Source: Patescibacteria group bacterium (GTDB taxonomy: Bacteria > Patescibacteriota > UBA1384 > JBBRAU01). From it: a stretch of DNA of 64,000 bases. The notes beneath the pieces are model-generated. The model was not told the origin of the DNA. It did not search any database and saw only the letters and a list, made by a program, of their open reading frames with translations. Position 1 is the stretch's first letter, and the number at the start of each line of letters is the position of its first letter. The position numbers and the translations under genes were made by a program. The stretch covers positions 71,235 through 135,234 of the forward strand of contig JBBRAU010000001.1 in the NCBI GenBank assembly GCA_038206475.1. The letters run 5' to 3'. Below, one piece after another: positions 20,031 through 29,653 of the stretch.

Positions 20031-20558
20031 CTACTCGCTACTACTTGGTGGCTCAGGAGTTGCGACGGTTGGCCGGGCCTCGGTGCTGGACAGCACTCGG
20101 CCGGCTAAGGACACACGACCGGCCTCAGTTTGGCCGTTAGCCTCATCGGCGCTCCAGCCGCGGTGGTCAAGCACGGCCGCCAGTTGATCTAAGTCAGATT
20201 GTTTGACGTTTTTACTCGGTGGTAGAGGCGCATTTTTTGGCTTGGCTTGGCCGATAAAGTGTGGATCTCGGCTGTGCTGCCAGATGAACCGTTGGCCGCG
20301 CAGCAGGTAATAAAAGAAGGCGGCAATCATGACGCCAAACGGCTGATCCTGGACTCTCAGGAAAGCGAGAGAGAGGGCTAACAGCGTCGGTACAAAAGCA
20401 ATGGCCAAGAATGTGGCGATGCCAAAGCGGCCGACCACCAGCTGAAAGAGAATATAGTCAAACAGGCCGCCGGTAAACAAGTAGCCAAATTGACGCATGG
20501 TCAGTGGTCCGACCACCTTGTCTTCGAGATCAATTTTATGGGGGGTTTTATATTGCAT
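20031..20558 (-). CDS. prgI: PrgI family (VirB3-like) membrane protein
   Basis: MQYKTPHKIDLEDKVVGPLTMRQF, two TMs, QDQPF. Confidence 0.88.
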   Translation of the reverse strand: MQYKTPHKIDLEDKVVGPLTMRQFGYLFTGGLFDYILFQLVVGRFGIATFLAIAFVPTLLALSLAFLRVQDQPFGVMIAAFFYYLLRGQRFIWQHSRDPHFIGQAKPKNAPLPPSKNVKQSDLDQLAAVLDHRGWSADEANGQTEAGRVSLAGRVLSSTEARPTVATPEPPSSSE

Positions 20559-20567
20559 AGTTTTAGT

Positions 20568-22217
20568 CTAGGCGCTTTTTGCGCCGTCTGGCGAGAACTT
20601 ACCTAGGCCCAGCCAGTCGGTATTTAAGACTTGCACTAACGTGGCGTTAGCTGTGGCGCCGGGCGTGCTACTCACCGGCATGTCGTCGGTTTGGAGGCCG
20701 CCGGTTTCAAATTCGGGATAATAGGCTGTTTCTTCATCGCCGCCCCGTTGGTTCTCTTTAAGCTGAGCGGTGGTTCGGGTGCTTTGACTGAGGCGGTCAA
20801 AGAGCGCAAATTGCTGCCGGCTAATGTTCAACGCCGCGCTTAGGTCCTCGACGTGCTGTTCGCTGCCCAGCAGCGTGGCCAGCTGGCTGTTGATATCCTC
20901 ACCGGGCTGGGCTTGGCTGATAGTGCTGACCAACTGCTCAATTTTAGCGGCCGTATCTGGCCCAAGCGGATTATCTTCGCGGCCCGGTGGTATGCGTAGC
21001 AGTCGGTAGCTGAGCATGTGGGCGCCGCCCAGCTGAGCCCGTTCAAGCTGGCGAGTATGCCAGGCCGTGCCGTATTCCGCCTGAGCGGCCTCCGGCAGCT
21101 TCCAGCCCTGCTCTGTTTGCTCACAGCTGCCGCTATCCCGGCAGAATTGTTCTCGGCTGAGGATAGCTGGCAGTACGTGGTTGGGCACGCGGCTAAAATC
21201 GGAGAAGTTTTCAGCATTGCGTTCACTGTTTAGCTGGCGCGTTAGCGCTTCAAATCGGCCGGCTTGACCGGCCGCTTCGGCCTGGGTCACTGCCTGGCGT
21301 AGTTTATGGAGGTAGTGTGCCTCGGTCCAGAGTGCCGGGTTTTGGCCGAGCGTCTGCCACTCTTCGCCTTCTCGGCCAATGAGGCCTTCTAACTTCAGCC
21401 GGTGCTCAAAGCCGTGCCAGCTCTCGTGGGCCAGGTGGCGGGCCAGGTCAATATTGCGGCTCTTGTCGAATAGGGTTGGCATAGCCAGCATCTTGCCGGA
21501 CTCCGGCACATACAAGGCCGCTGCCTGAAAGGCCTGCTCGCGGTGTACCGTCGTGTCAAGCTTGTAGTACTTATTAAGGTCAACGTTTTGGTCAACGATA
21601 TCGATGCCGCCCGGTATCAAAAAGTGCAGCTGGTCAGCGCTCGTCTGGCCGGTCACCACCAGCTCGGCCAGTCCATCGCGCATTTCGGCTTGTTGCTCTG
21701 GCGTACCGCCGGTAATCTCGATCTGGTCCAGCGTAAGCAACTCCTGCACCAGTTTGGTCGGCTCAATGGTTAAACCGCGATTCTGCCAAAACTCGGCCAA
21801 GTCGTCGCCTTCGCGCTCTAAAAAGGCAGCAATGGCTTGGCTGCGCCAGGCCTCAGTTTGCACTTGGTGCTCCTCTGCGCTAAGTGCATTGAGCGGCGCT
21901 TGCTCCAACTGCCGGCCAATTTCAGCCAGCGATGGCATTAGCTGCTCGTTTACTTTTGACCAGAGGGCGCGGATGTCCATTTTGGGCTGCTTGGCCTGCT
22001 CGGCACTTTGGTCTATGCGCGCCCGAAAGTCGGCCTCGGCCTGCTCGGCGCTATATTCGGGCGGCTGGTCTGTTTCGGCCTCGGGCGCGCTCGGCGTAGC
22101 TTCAACCGCTGGTTCGGCCAGCATGGTCGGGTTGCCGTATTCACCGGTGGTGTACGACTTCATAGCCTGTTTGGTGGTGTATTCCGGTATCTGCCATGCT
22201 CCGGATTCTGGGTTCAT
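20568..22217 (-). CDS. Hypothetical protein with zincin HExxH motif
   Basis: HLAHESWHGFE and downstream ERNAENFSDF; no signal peptide. Confidence 0.6.
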   Translation of the reverse strand: MNPESGAWQIPEYTTKQAMKSYTTGEYGNPTMLAEPAVEATPSAPEAETDQPPEYSAEQAEADFRARIDQSAEQAKQPKMDIRALWSKVNEQLMPSLAEIGRQLEQAPLNALSAEEHQVQTEAWRSQAIAAFLEREGDDLAEFWQNRGLTIEPTKLVQELLTLDQIEITGGTPEQQAEMRDGLAELVVTGQTSADQLHFLIPGGIDIVDQNVDLNKYYKLDTTVHREQAFQAAALYVPESGKMLAMPTLFDKSRNIDLARHLAHESWHGFEHRLKLEGLIGREGEEWQTLGQNPALWTEAHYLHKLRQAVTQAEAAGQAGRFEALTRQLNSERNAENFSDFSRVPNHVLPAILSREQFCRDSGSCEQTEQGWKLPEAAQAEYGTAWHTRQLERAQLGGAHMLSYRLLRIPPGREDNPLGPDTAAKIEQLVSTISQAQPGEDINSQLATLLGSEQHVEDLSAALNISRQQFALFDRLSQSTRTTAQLKENQRGGDEETAYYPEFETGGLQTDDMPVSSTPGATANATLVQVLNTDWLGLGKFSPDGAKSA

Positions 22218-25200
22218 TGGGCTGCTCCGCTGTCGCTTGGCGGTGGTACAGCAGCAGGTGGTTCAGGTGCGGCAGGCGATTCAATAGTGGCGGGTGGTGT
22301 AGGCGGCGGCAGGGATGGCGCGACACTCGGCGCAGCCGGTGTAGACAGGCTCGGCTGGGAGGCAAACGGCGTTGCATTCGGTATAGCCGGAGAGGTTGGC
22401 GCCGCGCTTGCTGGTTGAGCCTCTGGCGGCTGGCCGCTTGACTGCACTAAGCGCGTAACTTCTTTAGAGATGGCGGCCGGGCCAACCTTGGGGCCATCGG
22501 CAAAACTTTTTACGTCGCCAAGCAACTGGCTTTTAGTCAGCGGATTGTCACTTAGCCTGCCGGCGATAGTGTCGCCGATTTCAGCGGCGCCACCAGCTTC
22601 TAGTTTGGCCACAAAGCTAGAGCGGCTAAAGTTGGTGCCAGCCTCTTTGTTTATTCTATTGACCAATAGGCCGGCCTTGTAGTTCATGTTCGCCGCGTTG
22701 TCCACGACGTCATTAAATTGACCGAGAGTGTCTTTAAAGCTGGCGTAATCGGCTAAATCTTGGCCTTGCAGCCCGCTTGGCGACTGCGCCATCATCTCGC
22801 CCAAGCTCTTGTTTTGAGTTGCCATCTGTTTGCTGGCGTATTTTTTGTAGAACGGGTGACGGGTGAGAGTCGCGAGCATCTGCTGACCGGTGCGGCCGAC
22901 CATAAAGGCGCGAATCCAGCGCAGTCGCTCAGCTGGGTTGGGGATGTCAAACGCCTGCGCGCCTGGTTTGGCTGTGTTTGGACGCCCGGCTGCCGAGGCT
23001 TGGATGGTTGCTGTTGACGACGGTTGCTGCTTTTGCTGTTCAATGAGATTTGTGAAGTGCCCGGCTAATTCTTCGCGCAGCACTTTAAACTCTTCTGGCA
23101 GATTAGCTACTTGCTCGGCCTCATCTTCATCAACAACGTCTTTAATCTCAGCCTCAGGCTCGGCGGTTGTGTCTGCAGGCTCTGCTTCGGTCTCACTAGA
23201 CCCTGCTTCGTCTTCGCTCGTCTCTGAGGCAGTACTTTCTTCTTGAACAGGTTCAGCAGCTTTGTCGGTCACATCAGGCACAACGGGCATTGGCGCCACG
23301 GTCGGCATCACGGCCGCAGCCTGCGTAAATGATTCTTTCAAATCCTGAATTTGGCGGTCGTACTCGCTGCCGTTGGCCGGATCGCGCTGTTTGTTTTGCT
23401 CCAGCTCAGTAATCTTTTCCAACACGGCGATTTGCTCCGGCGAGTAACCGGCTGCCGCCCCCGTCGTTTCTGACGAATCCGGCTCCGACGTTGTCTGCGC
23501 AGATGATTCTTCTGTTTGAGGAGGTTTTGTAGCTTTGCCGGTCGTGTCAGGCACAACGGTCGTGGGTGAGCTATTTGGATTGTCGCCACCTGCCTGCTGA
23601 AACGCTTCATCGGTGGAGGCGGCGTGGCTAACATGCTGCTTCAAATCTTGAATTTGTTGATCGTATTCGCTGCCTTTAGTTGGATCGTTCAGCTTCTCTT
23701 GTTCTAACTGGGCAATTTGCTCGAGTGCAGCAACATCGTCGGGCGAGAAGCCTTCGCTGGCTGGCGTACCTGTTGCCTCTGACAAATTCGGCTCCGGCGC
23801 TACCTGGACCGGCTGGCCGCTTGAGTTCAAATGAACATTTTCGGCATTGATGGTGATGGTGCCAGCGTTGTTTGTGGGCGCAGATGGGGTCTTGTGGTCA
23901 GCTCCACTGTTGCCATATTTTGGGTTTTCCGGATCGGCCTGGTTTTCGGCAGCTTCTGGATTTTGGGCCTCTTCCGCGGAATCTTTTTTGTCTTGCAGGC
24001 CTTCGGCTTCAGGTTCTGCGGCAGAAAATTGGCCTCCTAAGGCGTTAAACACCTCATCTGTGCGGGTTGAGCCTCCGCCACGGCCTCGTTGTTCTTGCCG
24101 GTAGAGATTGGTTGCTTGACGCATGCCCTCCTGGAATCTTCCAATTTGCCCCCAATCTTTAATGTTATGTTGGCGTGCGTAGGCCTTCTGTTTAATATCC
24201 CCGCTTTCTGACATAACTTCTGAGATTACCGTAGCCATTGGAACTCCGCGGCTAGCACTTTCTCTTTGCACATAGTCTAACAAGTGATCCGCAACACCAA
24301 CTTTTTTCATGTGGGCGACTACGGCATTCGAATCTACCATAGTGCTTACATCATCTTTCATAATTTCTTTTAATGCCGTTGCCTTGACTCGATCTCCCCC
24401 GCCGATAGGTGAGCCATAGAGTTTATTGCGTCCTACTGCTCTATTAAAATCTTTATCGAATAGCTTGCCCGCGTCCTCATTCCCTTTTTTAATGGCATGT
24501 ACGGCTGCATAAGGAGAACCGGCCAAATTAATGGCACGTCCGGTGAAGTATTTTACTCGCCCTGTGAAGCTTCTATCTTCTTTATTTACATCTGCCATAC
24601 GATTTCCGCCGGCCCACTTGGGGATTGCTTGAGTATATTTATTGAAACTACCCTGGATGTTGCCGCCCATAATTGATGGAATCCGGACGGCGTACCACAG
24701 CAAGAAGGCCGCGGCAAAGGCGCCGACTAAATTTACATCAGGCGAAATAGCGTAGCACGATAAATCGGTCGTGGGAGTGCCAGAACCGATGCGGCCTGGC
24801 AGCGAAGCGAGCTCTAAGACAAACATAATGGCCGGGGCCATAAATACCCAACTGGTCAAGTATTTTTGCCACTTACCGCGCCAATCCTTAAACCAAGGGA
24901 ACGCGCCACCAATCAATACGACTGGAGCGGCTACGGTTGTCACATATATCACGGCCGGACGGATAACCAGTTGGATAGCGATGAGTAAGATGAGAACAAA
25001 GGCGACAAGCATAAACAGAAAGCTCAAAATCCCTAGACCGATACTAGCCACATTAGCGTCGGCTAGGGCGAGAGTGTTGGTAAAGCTTTTGCACCCTTCG
25101 GCGTATTTAAATGTTTGAGTAATGCCGAACGAGTTGCCCAGAGCATGACCAAGATCTAAGTGACCGGGTGTAGCTTGAGCAAACATGCTATCCAGGCCGC

Positions 25201-26755
25201 GGGTGAGGACATCGGCGACGTCAACGATAAATCGAATAACAAATAAACTTAGGCTAGCGGTGACTGTGGCCACAATAATATTTGGCAACAGTTTGCGCAC
25301 ACCCCAGTTCTCCAGGTCGATGTGTAGAATATTAGAGAATACAGCAATCAACAGCAGCAAGCCGACAAATCCGGAAGCAATTGAAGTGGTTAGTTTCCAG
25401 CCATCGACTACCCATCGGTTATGCAAATATGAGGCATTGCTGTCGTTAGCCTTCAACACAAAGGCAACGTTTCGCCAGTCGCCTTGGGTAGGATTATTGT
25501 TTGAAGTCGCGGCAAAAAATGCAACCTGGTTAATGCCCCAATTAAGACCATCGCCCATAGATCCGACCAACTCGCAGAACACCCACCGCACAACACCGGC
25601 AATGTACTCGCTATTGAGTGGAGGGAGACTGCAGCCATATTTATCTGCACTCGAGGGGGGGACTGAGCCTCTTTCCGTTTGTTGTGATCCGTTATCAACA
25701 ATGGGAGCTCCGTCAGCCGAGCGGAACACTCGACCCTGGAGAGCACTGCCCTTTGGCACAAGCACTATGTCGAAATTACGATCCTTAGCTGCTAGCTGGG
25801 CGTTAAATGCGTAAGTAGTGGGCTGGGTTAGTGGCTCATGGTTGGGCGCTTGGGCTGAAAAGGAATAAGCCTGAATACCAGTTGGAGTGACAAATAACTT
25901 AACCTGCCCTTTACTGTCAGCCTTAAACGCTCGTTCTTTGGTGAGGCCAACTGTGCCGGTTGGGAAAGATAAAAGGGGTTGGCCTGCATTCACGGCATCT
26001 TGTGTGTTGGCCTTCAGCTCTGGACCACCAGTATTAGCGATCTTTAAAACAACCTCAGCACCGGCGATCGGTTTAGAGTGGTCAGCGGAAACATCTTTAC
26101 GCCCATCGATATCTTTACTAGCCACATTTCCTTGGGCATCTTTTGCGGCCTCGTAAATTTGGAAAACAATAGAAATCTTGCCATCTTCGGCGTGGCTAAT
26201 ATCGGTGCCTGAGATAGTGACAATTTGGCCACCTGGTTGAGGCCAAATTTGTTTTTGGTTGCTTGCTAAACCTGCTGAGGCCAAGTAAATATGCTTACCA
26301 TTTTTGGTGATTTGATGGATATCCACACTGCCCTTGCTGCTGTAGCCGGTAATTTGAAAGGCGACTTTGTCGCTTCCCCAGGTGAAAGAAATACGATAAG
26401 TTTTATCGTTGCTAGCATTGCCAAACCCCGCGATTGCCGGACTGAATCTGGCAACTTCTTGGTAAGGGTCATAAATCCGGTAAATGCTAGATTCCACGTT
26501 TGTTTTGGTGTCTACCATCTGCACAGTGTCACCCACGCCTTTGCCAGAGCTGTCGCGAAAAGTGGTCAGTTGAGAGGCCGAGTTGGCCGAAGTGTCCTCA
26601 AAGAAGCATATGAAGTTGGTAGGGTCAATAAGCGCCAACGTCGGATGGTCTTCAAGTGAGACTATATCGGCACAAGCAGCATGGGTCTTGGGGGCGGTAA
26701 GTACACTAAACGTCGCAAAGGCAACAAAAAAGAGCAATCCGAAAATGGCTTTCAT
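22214..26755 (-). CDS. Large VirB6/TrbL-like polytopic membrane protein with extracellular N-domain and long acidic C-tail
   Basis: Signal peptide, beta-rich N-domain, GWKLTTSIAS..KLLPNIIVA..IRPAVIYVTTVAAP..W..W TM core; start uncertain (26755-26818). Confidence 0.75.
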   Translation of the reverse strand: MKAIFGLLFFVAFATFSVLTAPKTHAACADIVSLEDHPTLALIDPTNFICFFEDTSANSASQLTTFRDSSGKGVGDTVQMVDTKTNVESSIYRIYDPYQEVARFSPAIAGFGNASNDKTYRISFTWGSDKVAFQITGYSSKGSVDIHQITKNGKHIYLASAGLASNQKQIWPQPGGQIVTISGTDISHAEDGKISIVFQIYEAAKDAQGNVASKDIDGRKDVSADHSKPIAGAEVVLKIANTGGPELKANTQDAVNAGQPLLSFPTGTVGLTKERAFKADSKGQVKLFVTPTGIQAYSFSAQAPNHEPLTQPTTYAFNAQLAAKDRNFDIVLVPKGSALQGRVFRSADGAPIVDNGSQQTERGSVPPSSADKYGCSLPPLNSEYIAGVVRWVFCELVGSMGDGLNWGINQVAFFAATSNNNPTQGDWRNVAFVLKANDSNASYLHNRWVVDGWKLTTSIASGFVGLLLLIAVFSNILHIDLENWGVRKLLPNIIVATVTASLSLFVIRFIVDVADVLTRGLDSMFAQATPGHLDLGHALGNSFGITQTFKYAEGCKSFTNTLALADANVASIGLGILSFLFMLVAFVLILLIAIQLVIRPAVIYVTTVAAPVVLIGGAFPWFKDWRGKWQKYLTSWVFMAPAIMFVLELASLPGRIGSGTPTTDLSCYAISPDVNLVGAFAAAFLLWYAVRIPSIMGGNIQGSFNKYTQAIPKWAGGNRMADVNKEDRSFTGRVKYFTGRAINLAGSPYAAVHAIKKGNEDAGKLFDKDFNRAVGRNKLYGSPIGGGDRVKATALKEIMKDDVSTMVDSNAVVAHMKKVGVADHLLDYVQRESASRGVPMATVISEVMSESGDIKQKAYARQHNIKDWGQIGRFQEGMRQATNLYRQEQRGRGGGSTRTDEVFNALGGQFSAAEPEAEGLQDKKDSAEEAQNPEAAENQADPENPKYGNSGADHKTPSAPTNNAGTITINAENVHLNSSGQPVQVAPEPNLSEATGTPASEGFSPDDVAALEQIAQLEQEKLNDPTKGSEYDQQIQDLKQHVSHAASTDEAFQQAGGDNPNSSPTTVVPDTTGKATKPPQTEESSAQTTSEPDSSETTGAAAGYSPEQIAVLEKITELEQNKQRDPANGSEYDRQIQDLKESFTQAAAVMPTVAPMPVVPDVTDKAAEPVQEESTASETSEDEAGSSETEAEPADTTAEPEAEIKDVVDEDEAEQVANLPEEFKVLREELAGHFTNLIEQQKQQPSSTATIQASAAGRPNTAKPGAQAFDIPNPAERLRWIRAFMVGRTGQQMLATLTRHPFYKKYASKQMATQNKSLGEMMAQSPSGLQGQDLADYASFKDTLGQFNDVVDNAANMNYKAGLLVNRINKEAGTNFSRSSFVAKLEAGGAAEIGDTIAGRLSDNPLTKSQLLGDVKSFADGPKVGPAAISKEVTRLVQSSGQPPEAQPASAAPTSPAIPNATPFASQPSLSTPAAPSVAPSLPPPTPPATIESPAAPEPPAAVPPPSDSGAAQ

Positions 26756-26821
26756 CCAAACACGCGTTCCCACCTTTTGTAGCACGGCTCTAGTGTAGCA
26801 GGACGGTACGGGGACCAAAAC

Positions 26822-27478
26822 CTACGAGCCGAGGCTTGAGAGCAGGGTTAGGCGTGCCGTCTCGGCGCTCGTTGGGCCAAGTTGGCTGAGCGCTTGCAGG
26901 GCAACCATGTTGTCCGGGTCAAGCCGTAGGACGTCGCGGTAATAACTGGCGGCGGCCGTCGTTTGGTTGGCGTCGGCGTTTATGGCTAGGTGGGCCAGCA
27001 ACAGTAAGTAGGGAATATCTGCGGCATGTTCGGATTGGTGGATAGACAGCATGGCTTGCGCTTGCACCGGGTAGCCCCGCCCGGCCAGCTCGGTCGCCAC
27101 CTTGACCGGATCAGCTGCTCCGCCTACTTGAAGCAAGTCAATTGTCTCAACGGCTTGGACGTTGCCATGCTCGGCCAAAAACTGCCGCCCAGCGCTTAGG
27201 TCGCGGCTTATTTGGGCAGCCAGGTTGAGCCGGTTGGTGGCCGTTTTGTTCCATGGCTCGACGCTGTGCGCCAGCTGATACCAGGTTTCGGCCCGGGCGG
27301 TTTGGACGGCTGCCAGCTCTTGATCGCCCTGGTCAATGGCCCAAGTGAAGCCGCGGCCGGCGAGTGGTAAGTAGAGCAGCAGCAACAACAAGACCAAAAC
27401 AAGCACCGCTAGCGACAGGCCGCTCCCTAGGCGCCGCCGGCGCTTGACTGCCTCGGCGGAAATGATTGGATTAGCCAC
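26822..27478 (-). CDS. TM-anchored TPR protein
   Basis: N-terminal TM; AETWYQLAHSVEP and YYRDVLRLDPDN TPR-like ends. Confidence 0.65.
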   Translation of the reverse strand: MANPIISAEAVKRRRRLGSGLSLAVLVLVLLLLLLYLPLAGRGFTWAIDQGDQELAAVQTARAETWYQLAHSVEPWNKTATNRLNLAAQISRDLSAGRQFLAEHGNVQAVETIDLLQVGGAADPVKVATELAGRGYPVQAQAMLSIHQSEHAADIPYLLLLAHLAINADANQTTAAASYYRDVLRLDPDNMVALQALSQLGPTSAETARLTLLSSLGS

Positions 27479-27481
27479 AAT

Positions 27482-29653
27482 CTAAGTAGTTGGCCAATCG
27501 GCTACCATAATCAGTTCGGACAGTTGCGGATCCAGCTGGCGCAGATGTTGCCAGAGCGCCTCAGTAACGTACGGCACATACGGGTGCAACAACTTCAGTA
27601 GTTGAGCTAGGCTGTAGCCAAGTGCCTGCTGCGCGGCGGTGTCGCTTCCTTGCAGCGCCGGCTTGAGTTCTTCGAGGAAGCGGTCGCAGAAAGTGTGCCA
27701 GAAATAGTCGTACAAAAATTCACCGGCCTGGCCGATTTTCCACTGATCAAGCAGGCGGTTGGCCTCAGTGGTTGCCTCGGTTACGCTAGTCAGCAGTTGG
27801 TCGGCTACGGCCGACTGTCCGGCTTCCGACGGTTCAGAAAACGACGGGCCAGCGTACGCTTCCAGGCTCGTCAGTACAAAGCGACCGGCGTTCCAGATTT
27901 TGTTCGAGAAGTTGCGAAAACCGCGGATTTTTTCTTCATACATGGCCATGGATTGCCCTGGGCTGTTCCCGACCACAAGCGCCATGCGCAGAGCGTCAGT
28001 GCCGTACTTGGCTGTGATAGTCAGCGGGTCAATGACGTTGAACTTGGATTTGGACATTTTTTTACCTTGGCGGTCGGTAATCATGCCATGCAGGTAGACG
28101 GCTTTGAACGGCACCTCGCCGCGCAGGTAAATACCTAAGTAGATCATGCGGGCCACCCACCAGGTCAAAATATCATGTCCGGTTTCCATAACCGCATGCG
28201 GATAGAAGGTTTCTAGGAACTCGGGTCCAAACTCCTCAAGGACGGCGTAGGGCAGCTGCGACGAGGAGAACCAGGTGTCAAATACGTCTGGGTCAGGCGT
28301 TAGCTCGTGGCTGCCGCACTGGTTGCACCGGGGCGGTGTATCGCCGGCGGTCACTGTCCAGTCATGGCACTGGGCGCACTGCCAAGCGGGGATGGGAATG
28401 CCCCACCAAACCTGGCGCGACAGATTCCAGTCGCGCAGGCCGTCCATCCAGTTGAGAAAGACGGTTTGAAAACGTTCGGGAACTACGGTGATCTTGCCGC
28501 TGGCCACGGCCTCTTTGCCAAGCTCGGCCAAATTCTTGGCCGGGTCGGCGTCACGCACTTTTAAGTACCACTGTGGTATTGGCAGCGGTTCTATGACTGT
28601 GCCGCATTTGTAGCAGGTAGCGACGCTCGAGGTATGCGTGGAGCTGCCAACCAAGAAGCCTTGAGCGGTTAAATCGGCCAATATTTGTTCACGAGCCGGT
28701 TTCACTTTTAGGCCGCGGTAAGCCTCCGGTGCGTTGTCGTTGAGCTTACCGCGCAGGTCAATAACTTGAATGCTCGGCAGATCGTGGCGGCTGGCTACCT
28801 CAAAGTCATGCAGGTCGTGCGCTGGTGTAATTTTTACCGCGCCAGTGCCAAATTTTGGGTCAACCATCTGGTCGGCAATAATCGGGATAGTGCGCTCGGT
28901 CAGCGGCAATTTGACCATTTTGTCGACTATACTGCTGTAGCGGGTATCATCGGGATGAACAGCCACGGCGGTGTCGCCGAACAGGGTTTCCGGTCGTGTT
29001 GTGGCAACGATGATTTCGCCGCTGCCATCTGTCAGCGGGTAGCGGAGTTTCCACAGGAGCCCCTCCGTTTCGGTGTGCTCGACCTCTAAGTCGGAGAAAG
29101 CGGTTTGGTGTTTAGTGCAGTAGTTAACCAGGCGCTCACCACGGTAAATCAGGCCGTCGTCATGCAACCGCTTAAAGCTCGCTTTGACCGCATCAACAAT
29201 TTTCGGGTCCAGCGTGAAGTACAAATGCGACCAATCCAGCGAAAAGCCCATCGATTTAAGCTGGGCGATAATGGTTGATTGGTTGTCTTTGGTGTAGGCC
29301 ATTACGGCGTCATAAAAACCTTGGCGGTCAAAATCGAAGCGGCTTTTACCTTCTTTTTCCAGCTTTTTTTCAAAAACGACTTGGGTTTCAAAACCGGCGT
29401 GATCGGTGCCCGGAATCCAGAAAGCTCGTTTGCCTTGCATGCGCGCCCGCCGAATGAGGATGTCTTGGATGGTGTACATGGCGTTGCCGATATGAATGGC
29501 CTCACTGGCGTTTGGTGGCGGCAGCAGAATGGCAAACGGTTCGCCGTCACCCTGGGGCTGGAAGCCGCCCGAATGCTCCCACTTGGCATAGAGGGGGGCT
29601 TCTTCGGATTCGTGATCCCAGTTTTTAGGGAGAAGTGATTCGAATGGCATCAA
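27482..29653 (-). CDS. valS: Valine--tRNA ligase (lacks C-terminal coiled-coil arm)
   Basis: PPPNASEAIHIGN, PGTDHAG, ATTRPET, GTGAVKITPAHD, DTWFSS, KMSKS. Confidence 0.96.
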   Translation of the reverse strand: MMPFESLLPKNWDHESEEAPLYAKWEHSGGFQPQGDGEPFAILLPPPNASEAIHIGNAMYTIQDILIRRARMQGKRAFWIPGTDHAGFETQVVFEKKLEKEGKSRFDFDRQGFYDAVMAYTKDNQSTIIAQLKSMGFSLDWSHLYFTLDPKIVDAVKASFKRLHDDGLIYRGERLVNYCTKHQTAFSDLEVEHTETEGLLWKLRYPLTDGSGEIIVATTRPETLFGDTAVAVHPDDTRYSSIVDKMVKLPLTERTIPIIADQMVDPKFGTGAVKITPAHDLHDFEVASRHDLPSIQVIDLRGKLNDNAPEAYRGLKVKPAREQILADLTAQGFLVGSSTHTSSVATCYKCGTVIEPLPIPQWYLKVRDADPAKNLAELGKEAVASGKITVVPERFQTVFLNWMDGLRDWNLSRQVWWGIPIPAWQCAQCHDWTVTAGDTPPRCNQCGSHELTPDPDVFDTWFSSSQLPYAVLEEFGPEFLETFYPHAVMETGHDILTWWVARMIYLGIYLRGEVPFKAVYLHGMITDRQGKKMSKSKFNVIDPLTITAKYGTDALRMALVVGNSPGQSMAMYEEKIRGFRNFSNKIWNAGRFVLTSLEAYAGPSFSEPSEAGQSAVADQLLTSVTEATTEANRLLDQWKIGQAGEFLYDYFWHTFCDRFLEELKPALQGSDTAAQQALGYSLAQLLKLLHPYVPYVTEALWQHLRQLDPQLSELIMVADWPTT

